Assembly (NCBI GenBank): GCA_025453445.1
Contig: JALOQJ010000012.1
Coordinates: 1-50,796, forward strand
Length of the DNA stretch: 50,796 nucleotides
Reading direction: 5' to 3'
DNA from: Candidatus Omnitrophota bacterium
GTDB lineage: Bacteria > Omnitrophota > Gorgyraeia > Gygaellales > Profunditerraquicolaceae
In this document: positions 27,864 to 36,187 of the stretch, in pieces
Position numbering within the stretch: the first letter of the stretch is position 1
Layout of the letters: every line of letters begins with the position of its first letter
Notes under the pieces: model-generated
What the model was told of the DNA's origin: nothing
Database searches by the model: none
What the model saw: the letters and a program-made list of their open reading frames with translations, nothing else
Made by a program: the position numbers and the translations under genes

Positions 27864-29102
27864 TTAGTTGAATTTATATTTCTCCAAGATGCAAGCGCTG
27901 TTATAGCCGCCAGGCCCAAAAGAAGTAACCAATGCCAGTTTGATATTCTTTTTGCGGGCCTTATTCGGGACACAATCAAGATCACAATCCGGATCTTTTG
28001 TTTTATAATTAATCGTTGGGGGAATAATTCCCCGTTCCATTGCTCCGATACAAGAAGCAATCTGCAAAGTTGATGAGGCGGAAAATGTTTCACCAAGCAT
28101 AGATTTAATTGAACTCACCGGCAACTTATCCAGATGCCTGCCGAAGATTTTCTTTAAAACCCGAGCTTCAGTCTTATCAAGGCCAGATGAAGAATTGGCA
28201 CAACTGGAAACATAGTCTATCTCAGCCGGGCTTATTCCTGATTTATCCAAAGCTGCAATAATTGCTTTTTCCAGGCCTTCTCCGGTCAGAGCAATCCTGC
28301 CCATCTTAGAAGCATCAAAAAAACTACCAATGCTTTTAATTCTGGCAAAAATTTTTGCCTTATGCGCCTTAGCCTCTGATTCTTTTTCAACGCAAAAAAC
28401 CGCCGCAGCCTCTCCTAATACCGGGCCATTCCTTCTTTTATCAAAAGGGCAACTTAATGCCTCGCCTTTAAGGCCGGCCATATAACCTAATTTATGAAAG
28501 GCAAAAAATAAAGATGCTGTCAGAGCATCTACTGCCCCACAGATAACCTGTTTTGCTTTTGCCGTATCCAAGGCAATAAGCGCATACCTCAACGCCTCCA
28601 TACCTGAGGTATAGCCGCTGCTTACAGTAGCATTAAATCCGCGGATGCCAAAAGCAATGGAAACCTGCGATGATACGGCATTAATTACTGTCGAGGGGAA
28701 AAGCGCAGGACTGGCAAAATCTATTCCTTCTTTGAAGACCTCGCGGTCGAATTCCACAATTGACCAGAGGTGAGTAAAAGTCGTGCCGGTGGCAACGCCG
28801 ATATTATTTGTATTTTCAGGAGAAATTTTTAATCCCGCGTCTTTTAGCGCCATTGACGCAGCAGATAATAAAAAGAGCGTGCCTCGGTCAAGATTGCGCA
28901 AACTTTTTAATTCCAGGAACTTTTTAGGATCAAAATTTTTTATTTCCGCGGCTATACGCACAGGAAATTTTTTCGCTTCAAAAGAAAAAATTTCAGAAAC
29001 TCCACTCCTGCCTTTTTCCAATGCAGTCCAAAAATGATCTTTACCTATGCCATTGGCAGCCACTACACCTAAACCTGTGATCACCGCGTCATGATTATGC
29101 AT
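27864..29102 (-). CDS. Non-catalytic ketosynthase homolog (chain-length-factor-like)
   Basis: FabF fold (VITGLG, CPFD, LGEAA, IPPTIN, SFGPGG) with the triad lost: SSGYTSG, SCANSS, KSMLGETFSA. Confidence 0.88.
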   Translation of the reverse strand: MHNHDAVITGLGVVAANGIGKDHFWTALEKGRSGVSEIFSFEAKKFPVRIAAEIKNFDPKKFLELKSLRNLDRGTLFLLSAASMALKDAGLKISPENTNNIGVATGTTFTHLWSIVEFDREVFKEGIDFASPALFPSTVINAVSSQVSIAFGIRGFNATVSSGYTSGMEALRYALIALDTAKAKQVICGAVDALTASLFFAFHKLGYMAGLKGEALSCPFDKRRNGPVLGEAAAVFCVEKESEAKAHKAKIFARIKSIGSFFDASKMGRIALTGEGLEKAIIAALDKSGISPAEIDYVSSCANSSSGLDKTEARVLKKIFGRHLDKLPVSSIKSMLGETFSASSTLQIASCIGAMERGIIPPTINYKTKDPDCDLDCVPNKARKKNIKLALVTSFGPGGYNSACILEKYKFN

Positions 29103-30127
29103 TATAATATGGGCGCCTCAGGCACCCAGACTTCAAATCCGTGCCTTGTGGCAATGTCAGCAATTTCTTCCATCTTGTCCAGATTAATACTTTCGCCTAA
29201 AGAATAATTTGAAAGCTTCCCTTCCCATAATAAAAGCATGGTTTCCGCCAAAGACGCAGGAATAATACCTGCGGGTAATCCGGTATTGATATTAAGCCTG
29301 ACAGGTTTAGGTATTTTTATTAATCCTGCCCTGACTACGGTAATATCCTGGCGGCTCTTTGCTTTTGCGGTAAGCGAGCCGGATACTGATGCATCACAAA
29401 GAATCGTATTTGGCCTGAGGCTGGTTATGTCCAATTCAGCCTCCGGAATATCATCGGAAAAAATTACTATATCCGCATCCCTGACAGCCCTGGCAGTGCT
29501 GATATGCACAGCTACTCCTGTTTCCGGATTAAGCTGGGGAATAACTTCTTGCAGATGCTTAAGCTTAAATTCCAACTCCGGGTGGCTATTTAAGGTAATC
29601 TTAGCAGCATAGCCGGATAATTTACGGCTGCATAAAGAGCCAATGGCAGAGGCAGCATTTATTATCGCGACATGAGAACGGCTTAAATCAAGCTGTTTGA
29701 TTTTTGCCATACGATAAATTGCCTCAAACGCCGACCATGCAGCATAAGTACTGCCGCTGGTAACCGGAATTTTCAGGCCCCTGATAGCAGTATAGCCTTT
29801 ATCACAGAAAAGCGCGGCATAACCGCCAAGTCCTAAAATAGCAGCTCCTGATTTCTGGGCAATTGAACCGGCAGAAATTATTCTTTCCATTGCCTCCAAA
29901 GACTCTTTATAGGTATGGCCAATAATCTCCGGCAGGACGATAAAAAAACCCTGCGCTGATTTTGCCCTGCCACCAGAAGGAAGATTTTTGACTTTATAAA
30001 CGATAAAAGGCCAGGTGCGCTTAAAAAATAATTTTAAGATAAACCGCGGAATGAAGCGGATGAAAAAAGAGAAATTTCTCAGTTGTTTAACATTTATAGG
30101 ATGGATTAAATAAGCAAAGGTTTTCAT
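29102..30127 (-). CDS. Acyl-ACP reductase / COG5322-like protein, degenerate active site
   Basis: FAYLIHP, ILGLGG, PVTSGSTY, CDAS, ASLAETMLL, NYSLG and RHGF pattern. Confidence 0.75.
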   Translation of the reverse strand: MKTFAYLIHPINVKQLRNFSFFIRFIPRFILKLFFKRTWPFIVYKVKNLPSGGRAKSAQGFFIVLPEIIGHTYKESLEAMERIISAGSIAQKSGAAILGLGGYAALFCDKGYTAIRGLKIPVTSGSTYAAWSAFEAIYRMAKIKQLDLSRSHVAIINAASAIGSLCSRKLSGYAAKITLNSHPELEFKLKHLQEVIPQLNPETGVAVHISTARAVRDADIVIFSDDIPEAELDITSLRPNTILCDASVSGSLTAKAKSRQDITVVRAGLIKIPKPVRLNINTGLPAGIIPASLAETMLLLWEGKLSNYSLGESINLDKMEEIADIATRHGFEVWVPEAPIL

Positions 30128-30345
30128 CAGAATAAAGTTACCTGCCGGCGCTCTTTGCCTTCGCTGTTATAGGCTAACTTTTCTTTAATCCAGCGCTCGA
30201 TGTATTTTTTATGGAACCGCCAGTCTGTGCCGATTTTAAAAGCTGGGATTTTACCCTCACGGGCATATTTGTGCACAGTCAAAGGATGCAGATTAAGATA
30301 GTCAGCAACTTCTTTAGTTGTCATGATTTCTTTTTCTTTTACCAT
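30127..30345 (-). CDS. Excisionase-family (HTH_17) DNA-binding protein
   Basis: IMTTKEVADYLNLHPLTVHKYAREGKIPAFKIGTDWRF; stop overlaps the next ATG. Confidence 0.9.
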   Translation of the reverse strand: MVKEKEIMTTKEVADYLNLHPLTVHKYAREGKIPAFKIGTDWRFHKKYIERWIKEKLAYNSEGKERRQVTLF

Positions 30346-30381
30346 ATTTCCACCTTTTTTAGCATGTTTTAACTTATCATA

Positions 30382-30410
30382 TGTATACTAGCAAAAGTGT
30401 AGTTTGTCAA
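30382..30410 (-). promoter_or_regulatory. Sigma70-type promoter for the KS/ACP cluster
   Basis: TTGACA (30410-30405) with a -10-like TATACA 17 nt downstream, or an extended TGC-TAGTAT. Confidence 0.55.
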
Positions 30411-30419
30411 TAAAAAAGA

Positions 30420-30459
30420 GATAAAAAAACGTAGGGGACGTTTAGACGTCCCCTACGTT
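30420..30459 (-). terminator. Intrinsic terminator (14-bp perfect stem) ending the ribosomal/TCA superoperon
   Basis: AACGTAGGGGACGT-ttag-ACGTCCCCTACGTT (30428-30459), followed on the minus strand by a T-run. Confidence 0.88.
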
Positions 30460-30477
30460 GTGGATAACTCCGTTTAT

Positions 30478-30708
30478 TTATTCAATAATACCTAAAACTT
30501 CGCCGGGATGAACAGTATCACCTTCGCTTAAGATAATCTGAATCAGTGTTCCTGCAGCTGGGCTGGGCAGGTTAAAGGTAGCTTTGTCTGTGGTTATTTC
30601 CACAAGGTCGTCCTTTTCATTAACTTTCTCCCCTTGCTGAAAATACCAGTAAGAAACCGTGGCTTTTTCAATTCCCTCGCCTAATTCAGGTAAAATTACC
30701 TTTGTCAT
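30478..30708 (-). CDS. Stand-alone lipoyl-carrier domain protein
   Basis: LPELGEG, EITTDKAT (lipoyl Lys), SPAAG and EGDTV motifs; 76 aa only. Confidence 0.88.
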   Translation of the reverse strand: MTKVILPELGEGIEKATVSYWYFQQGEKVNEKDDLVEITTDKATFNLPSPAAGTLIQIILSEGDTVHPGEVLGIIE

Positions 30709-31367
30709 AACACCCTCCCTCCAGCTAAAATAGAGCCAGGCTCAATTTTGCTTATAAATAGCTCTGACCCCATTTTTGAAATATCGCTTATTTCGATATT
30801 TCTGCCTAAAATTGTTTCCAAAGAAGTCAAATTTACATCCATGCCGCATGCGCGGATTAAATTAAAATTATCTAAGTCAGCGGCTTTAACATTGATGCTT
30901 AAACCGTGAAAACTGATCCAGCCCCTGATGGCAATACCGACGGAGCATATTTTTGCTTCTCCTACCCAAACTCCGGTTTTTCCTTCAATCCTTCTTCCTT
31001 CTACCCCGAAATCAGATAGCAGATCAATTACTACTTCTTCAAGCAAACGCAAGAACCAATGGATATCTTTTTTAAAGTGTGCTAAATTAACTACCGGATA
31101 AATTATCAGCTGGCCGGGGCCGTGATAAGTGACATCCCCTCCCCGGCTGGTTTCAAAAACGGATATTCCCCGATTAACTAATTCTTCCGCGGGAACAAGG
31201 ATATTTTTTTTATTCGCCTGCCTACCACAGGTAATTACCGGATAATGCGAGCAAAGAATTAAAGCAAACTGCGGCAAGCCGCTTTCAACAGCCTTAAAAA
31301 CTTCCTGCTGAAAAACAAGCGCTTTTTGGTAGTCAATCAGACCTAAATCAAATACTTCAAAGCTCAT
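30705..31367 (-). CDS. lipB: Lipoyl(octanoyl) transferase
   Basis: HYPVITCG, RGGDVTYHGPGQL, KICSVG, HGLSIN and IRACG motifs. Confidence 0.94.
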   Translation of the reverse strand: MSFEVFDLGLIDYQKALVFQQEVFKAVESGLPQFALILCSHYPVITCGRQANKKNILVPAEELVNRGISVFETSRGGDVTYHGPGQLIIYPVVNLAHFKKDIHWFLRLLEEVVIDLLSDFGVEGRRIEGKTGVWVGEAKICSVGIAIRGWISFHGLSINVKAADLDNFNLIRACGMDVNLTSLETILGRNIEISDISKMGSELFISKIEPGSILAGGRVL

Positions 31368-32611
31368 TTTAAAGCGTCATGAATGGTTTCTGATAAAGTC
31401 GGGTGGGCAAAAATGGTGTTTTTTATCTGGGCCGCAGTCAATTCTGAAGATAAGGCAAGCGTAAAAATCCCGATTAACTCCGTGGCGCGCGGCCCGATAA
31501 TTGAAGCACCTAATATTTTATCTGTACGTTTATCCGTAATTATTTTAATGAATCCCTCTGTTTCATCCAGAATGCGTGCCATACCGCTGGCTAAAAAATC
31601 AAATTTATTTATTTTAATATCAAAACCATTGTTTTTTGCCTCGGATTCCTTTAACCCGACGCTTGCTACTTCCGGGTCAGTAAAAATACAGCTTGGAACA
31701 TTTGCGCTGCTGTATTTTTTTGCTGAATTAGGGTGTAGAATATTTTCTATTACCATTTCTCCCTGATAAGCAGCGTAGTGAGCCAGCATCAATTTTCCAA
31801 TGCAATCGCCGGCAGCATAAATACTCGGTGTCGCAGTCCTAAGAAAATCATCTACGCTGATTTTCTCTTCAGGTCTCCTGCCGACACACACTAAAATACA
31901 ACTATAATTATCTACATTAATACTTGCCGCATCTATGTTTGTATTTACCTTAATTCCTTTTTTCTTTAAAGCAAGCTCCAGCTTCTTTGCTACTTCCGGC
32001 TCCTCGCTGGGCAAAAGCTGCGGAAGTTTTTCTGCGATTGTAACTTCGCTTCCCAGGCTTGAAAAAAGAGTTGCGAATTCGCAGCCAATAACTCCTCCGC
32101 CGATAATTAATAAAGACTTAGGGATTTCTTTTAAATTAAGAATATCATCACTGGTAAGGATTTTTTTCCCGTCGAACTTAAAACCAGTTAACTCAATTGG
32201 CTTTGAACCGCTGGCAATCAGGATATGTTCCGCCTCAATTATCTTACCTCCGGTTTCCAAGGTATGTTCGCCAACGATTTTTGCCTCAGCCTGAATAACA
32301 TCCACGCCTTTAAGCAAAAATTCCATGCCCTGGCGCAACTGAGAGATGATTTTATCTTTTCTTGCCTGAATCTCGAGAAAATTAACTTTAGCCTCTGAAA
32401 TAGTAATGCCGAAATTTTTTGCTTTTTTAGAGAGATTGCAGACTTTTGCTGACTGAAGCAGTACTTTGGTAGGAATACAGCCGCGGTTTAAGCAGGTACC
32501 GCCGATTAAATCTTTCTCAATCAGCGCTACTTTTAATCCGGCAACCTGAGCCTTTTTTGCGGCATTAAACCCGGCCCAACCTGCGCCGATAATCGCTAAA
32601 TCATAACGCAT
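31364..32611 (-). CDS. lpdA: Dihydrolipoyl dehydrogenase (short form, 415 aa)
   Basis: GGTCLNRGCIPTK, GGGVIGCEFA, IYAAGD, LAHYA and HPTLSE motifs. Confidence 0.9.
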   Translation of the reverse strand: MRYDLAIIGAGWAGFNAAKKAQVAGLKVALIEKDLIGGTCLNRGCIPTKVLLQSAKVCNLSKKAKNFGITISEAKVNFLEIQARKDKIISQLRQGMEFLLKGVDVIQAEAKIVGEHTLETGGKIIEAEHILIASGSKPIELTGFKFDGKKILTSDDILNLKEIPKSLLIIGGGVIGCEFATLFSSLGSEVTIAEKLPQLLPSEEPEVAKKLELALKKKGIKVNTNIDAASINVDNYSCILVCVGRRPEEKISVDDFLRTATPSIYAAGDCIGKLMLAHYAAYQGEMVIENILHPNSAKKYSSANVPSCIFTDPEVASVGLKESEAKNNGFDIKINKFDFLASGMARILDETEGFIKIITDKRTDKILGASIIGPRATELIGIFTLALSSELTAAQIKNTIFAHPTLSETIHDALK

Positions 32612-32616
32612 ATCTT

Positions 32617-33537
32617 TTAAGCGGTTATGTTATCGTATTGCGACTTAAGGTTATCAGCAGACCTGAAAAGTATTTCTTTTTCTTCTCTGGATAAATCCAG
32701 CTCAACAATCTGTTCGATACCATTTCTGCCCAAGCGGCAGGGAACGCCCAGAGAAGCATCTTTGATGCCGTATTCACCGTTTAAGCATGCCGAAACAGTA
32801 ATGGTGCGTAATTCATTTTTTGCGATTGCTTTAACAATATCGGCAATCGCTGCTGACGGAGCAACATAGGCACTACCGCTGCCAAAAAGAGCAACAATCT
32901 CTGCCCCGCGCTGGACTGTCCGGTCTATTAGAACTTTAATTTTATCTTCGCTTAAAAATTCATCCAAAACAACGCCCTTAATATTGCTGAAGCGCGCCAA
33001 AGGAAGCATGCCTTCGCCATGAATGCCGATCACCATCGGCTCAATATCAGTTACGGGAATTTTTAATTCCTGAGCAATTAAATTGGCAAATCGTGATGCA
33101 TCAAGGCTTGAACCCATGCCAAATACGCGGTTCTTTTTAAACCCAAGGGTTTTAGAAACAAAATAGGTCATCAAATCCAGCGGATTAGTCACGATTACCA
33201 CTACTGCATCAGGCGCATACTCTTTAATTCCACTACAAACCCCTTTTAAAACTACAGCATTCTTATTGGCTAAATCTTCGCGGGTCATTCCCGGCTTGCG
33301 CGCAAAACCCGCAGTAATTACCACAATATCAGTTCCTTCTACTGCTCTGAGTTCATTTGTGCCGATAACAGAATAATTCATTTTTAAAAGATGGCGGGCA
33401 TCATCCATGTCAAAAGCCTTTGCCTTGGCAAGGCCTGGCGCGACATCAATTAAAATAACCTCCCCAAGCCTTTCCTGAGCAAGCCGCATCGCTGCTAAGC
33501 CGCCTACATTACCGCCACCGATAATAGAAATCTTCAT
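32617..33537 (-). CDS. mdh: Malate dehydrogenase (LDH-like)
   Basis: [33 protein letters not shown] and GSAY motifs. Confidence 0.9.
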   Translation of the reverse strand: MKISIIGGGNVGGLAAMRLAQERLGEVILIDVAPGLAKAKAFDMDDARHLLKMNYSVIGTNELRAVEGTDIVVITAGFARKPGMTREDLANKNAVVLKGVCSGIKEYAPDAVVVIVTNPLDLMTYFVSKTLGFKKNRVFGMGSSLDASRFANLIAQELKIPVTDIEPMVIGIHGEGMLPLARFSNIKGVVLDEFLSEDKIKVLIDRTVQRGAEIVALFGSGSAYVAPSAAIADIVKAIAKNELRTITVSACLNGEYGIKDASLGVPCRLGRNGIEQIVELDLSREEKEILFRSADNLKSQYDNITA

Positions 33538-34616
33538 CTTAATTTTTTTATAATTGCATCTGCCATTTCGCGCGTGCCCACTGCACTTGGATCATCGCGA
33601 TGCGGCTTTAAATCATAAGTAACAGATACACCTTCTGCCAAAACTTCTTTTACGGCATTCTCCAGATCATCCGCGGCTTTAGATTCCTTAAGGTACCTTA
33701 GCATCAGCACTCCGGATAAAATCATTGCCGTGGGATTAATTTTATTTTGCCCGGTGTATTTCGGAGCTGAACCATGCACTGCTTCAAACACCGCCAGCTC
33801 ATCTCCGATATTCGCGCCCGGAGCAACACCTAAACCGCCGACAAGCCCGGCGCATAAATCAGACAGTATATCGCCATAAAGATTGGGCAACACCAGGCAA
33901 TCATAATTGTGCGGCTTTTGCACCAGCTGCATACTCATATTATCAACTAATGCTTCATCAAAAGCTACCCTGCCCTCGTATTCTTTTGCAACTTCGCGGG
34001 CAATTTTTAAGAATAACCCGTCGGTAAATTTCATAATGTTGGCTTTCTGGACACAGGTGACTTTTTTACGATTATATTTTAAGGCGTATTGAAAAGCAAA
34101 CCTGACAATGCGCTCTGAGGCAAACTTAGAGATCGGCTTAATAGAAATCCCGGAATCCTGACGGATAGATTTTTTGCTGTATTTTTCGATTTCCGAAATC
34201 AGCATTTTGGTCTCGGGCTTTCCTTCTTCGAATTCAATGCCGGCATACAAATCTTCACTGTTTTCCCTGATGATTACTAAATCTATATCTTTGTAATGGC
34301 TCCTTACACCTGTATATGATTTCAACGGCCGCACGCAGGCATATAAATCCAAGGCCTGCCTGATTGCCACATTAACCGAGCGAAAACCCGTGCCGATAGG
34401 AGTAACCATCGGGCCTTTTAATGCAACTTTATTTTTCCAGATTGACTCTAAAACGCTTTCCGGCAGGAGGTCGCCGAATTTTTCCAAAGCAAGCTGGCCG
34501 GCAATTACTTCTTCCCATTCGATTTTTACGCCCGTTGCATCAATACACCTTCTGGCTGCCTGAGTTACTTCAGGGCCAATGCCATCGCCGGAAATTAAAG
34601 TTACTTTGTGGCCCAT
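33534..34616 (-). CDS. icd: Isocitrate/isopropylmalate dehydrogenase family, probably isocitrate dehydrogenase
   Basis: [48 protein letters not shown] and FEAVHGSAP motifs. Confidence 0.82.
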   Translation of the reverse strand: MGHKVTLISGDGIGPEVTQAARRCIDATGVKIEWEEVIAGQLALEKFGDLLPESVLESIWKNKVALKGPMVTPIGTGFRSVNVAIRQALDLYACVRPLKSYTGVRSHYKDIDLVIIRENSEDLYAGIEFEEGKPETKMLISEIEKYSKKSIRQDSGISIKPISKFASERIVRFAFQYALKYNRKKVTCVQKANIMKFTDGLFLKIAREVAKEYEGRVAFDEALVDNMSMQLVQKPHNYDCLVLPNLYGDILSDLCAGLVGGLGVAPGANIGDELAVFEAVHGSAPKYTGQNKINPTAMILSGVLMLRYLKESKAADDLENAVKEVLAEGVSVTYDLKPHRDDPSAVGTREMADAIIKKLR

Positions 34617-35117
34617 TTAAACTTTTAACTCCCCGTATTTTTTATAATAATTAATAATCCCGCCTTCCTGCAATAATTTCTGCATGAATTCCGGCAGGGG
34701 GCTGATTGTAAATTCCGTATTTTTACTTAAGTTCTTTACTAAACCACGGTTAAAATCTATCTTGAGCTCATCTCCTTCATCTATTTTATCCGTATCCAGC
34801 TCGATTAACGGCAAGCCGATATTAAAAGCATTGCGGTAGAAAATCCGTGCAAAAGACTTTGCCAAAACCGCTGTAATACCCGCTGCCTTGATAACCAGCG
34901 GCGCCTGTTCACGCGAAGATCCCATGCCGAAATTACTTCCTGCTACAATTACAGATTTACCGGGTGAAATTTTCGTAGGAAAAGCCGGGTCAATATCCTC
35001 CATAATATGCTTTGATAACTCCGTAATATCGGTTATGGAAAATTTGTAACGGCCGGAAATAATAAAATCCGTATTGATATTATCAGCTAATTTTATTGCC
35101 TTGGCTGTCAGTTCCAT
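34617..35117 (-). CDS. leuD: LeuD/HacB-type hydro-lyase small subunit
   Basis: DNINTDFII, NFGMGSSREQAP and SFARIFYRNAFNIGLP motifs; substrate uncertain. Confidence 0.8.
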   Translation of the reverse strand: MELTAKAIKLADNINTDFIISGRYKFSITDITELSKHIMEDIDPAFPTKISPGKSVIVAGSNFGMGSSREQAPLVIKAAGITAVLAKSFARIFYRNAFNIGLPLIELDTDKIDEGDELKIDFNRGLVKNLSKNTEFTISPLPEFMQKLLQEGGIINYYKKYGELKV

Positions 35118-35120
35118 GGG

Positions 35121-36167
35121 TTAAAGCTGTTTAAACTCGTCTGGGTTTTTAACTTTGGACATTGCCGTATCGAGAGTAACTATGCCCTGCTGAAATAATT
35201 CCTTCAGGCATTTATCCATTGTCTTCATGCCATATTGGCTGCCGGTTTGTATAAGCGTAGGTATCTGCTCAATTTCTGCTTCACGAATAAGGTTTCTGAT
35301 ACCGGGAGTAGCAATCATTACCTCTGTCGCAAGCACCCTTCCCTGGCCTGATGCCCGGGGTAATAACAACTGCGACATTACACCCTGCAGGCAGTCTGCA
35401 AGCTGCAATTTAACCTGCTGCTGTTGATGCGGAGGAAAAACATCAATAATCCTCTGAATAGTCTGCGGCGCATCCGGAGTATGCAGGGTCGCCAGGACCA
35501 AATGGCCGGTTTCTGCGGCAGTAAGTGTAGTGGAAATTGTTTCCAGATCGCGCATTTCACCTACGACAATAACATTAGGATCCTGACGCAAAGTATGCTT
35601 TAAAGCATCAGCAAAAGAACGCGTATCTGCGTAAACTTCTCTCTGCTTGACAATGCTCTTTTTATTAATATGAATAAATTCTATCGGATCCTCGATACAA
35701 ACCATCAGGCATTCTTTTTCACTGTTGATTAAATCAATAATTGCCGCCAAAGTTGTGGTTTTACCCACGCCCGTAGGCCCGGTAACCAAAACTAAACCAT
35801 TTGGCCTGCGTGCTAAATCAATAGCTATCGGAGGTAACCCTAAATCTTGAATAGTAGGGATTATCAGGGGGACCCTGCGGAAAGCCGCTTCAACCACTCC
35901 TTTTTGCAGATGCACATTTACCCTGAATCTGTCAAGGCTTGGCAAAGCAAGAGAAAAATCTAATTCCAATTCCTGTTCGAATTTTTCTTTCTGAGGGTTG
36001 GTTAAAACACTGTAGATTAATTTCTTTAAATCGTCTTTGCTTAAAGAAGAAATGCTGGTGCGGTGCAGTTTACCGTCGATACGCAAAACCGGCGGCTCGT
36101 TTTCCGTGAGGTGCAAATCTGAGGCCTGTTTTTCGATACACAATAATAATAAATCCCTGATCTCCAT
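35121..36167 (-). CDS. pilT: Type IV pilus retraction ATPase
   Basis: ASDLHL, GPTGVGKTTT, EDPIE, LRQDP, GEMRD, TGHLVLATLH and IRNLIRE motifs. Confidence 0.93.
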   Translation of the reverse strand: MEIRDLLLLCIEKQASDLHLTENEPPVLRIDGKLHRTSISSLSKDDLKKLIYSVLTNPQKEKFEQELELDFSLALPSLDRFRVNVHLQKGVVEAAFRRVPLIIPTIQDLGLPPIAIDLARRPNGLVLVTGPTGVGKTTTLAAIIDLINSEKECLMVCIEDPIEFIHINKKSIVKQREVYADTRSFADALKHTLRQDPNVIVVGEMRDLETISTTLTAAETGHLVLATLHTPDAPQTIQRIIDVFPPHQQQQVKLQLADCLQGVMSQLLLPRASGQGRVLATEVMIATPGIRNLIREAEIEQIPTLIQTGSQYGMKTMDKCLKELFQQGIVTLDTAMSKVKNPDEFKQL

Positions 36168-36187
36168 TCGCGCCTCCTCAATTTTGT

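Noticed and set aside
26386-29102. Ordinary housekeeping fabF-acpP locus
   Set aside because: No fabD, fabG, fabH or plsX; one KS is catalytically dead, and the neighbours are release and tailoring enzymes.
17227-30345. Prophage or integrative element suggested by two excisionase-like genes and a toxin
   Set aside because: No integrase, transposase, phage structural or conjugation genes, and no flanking att-like direct repeats were seen.
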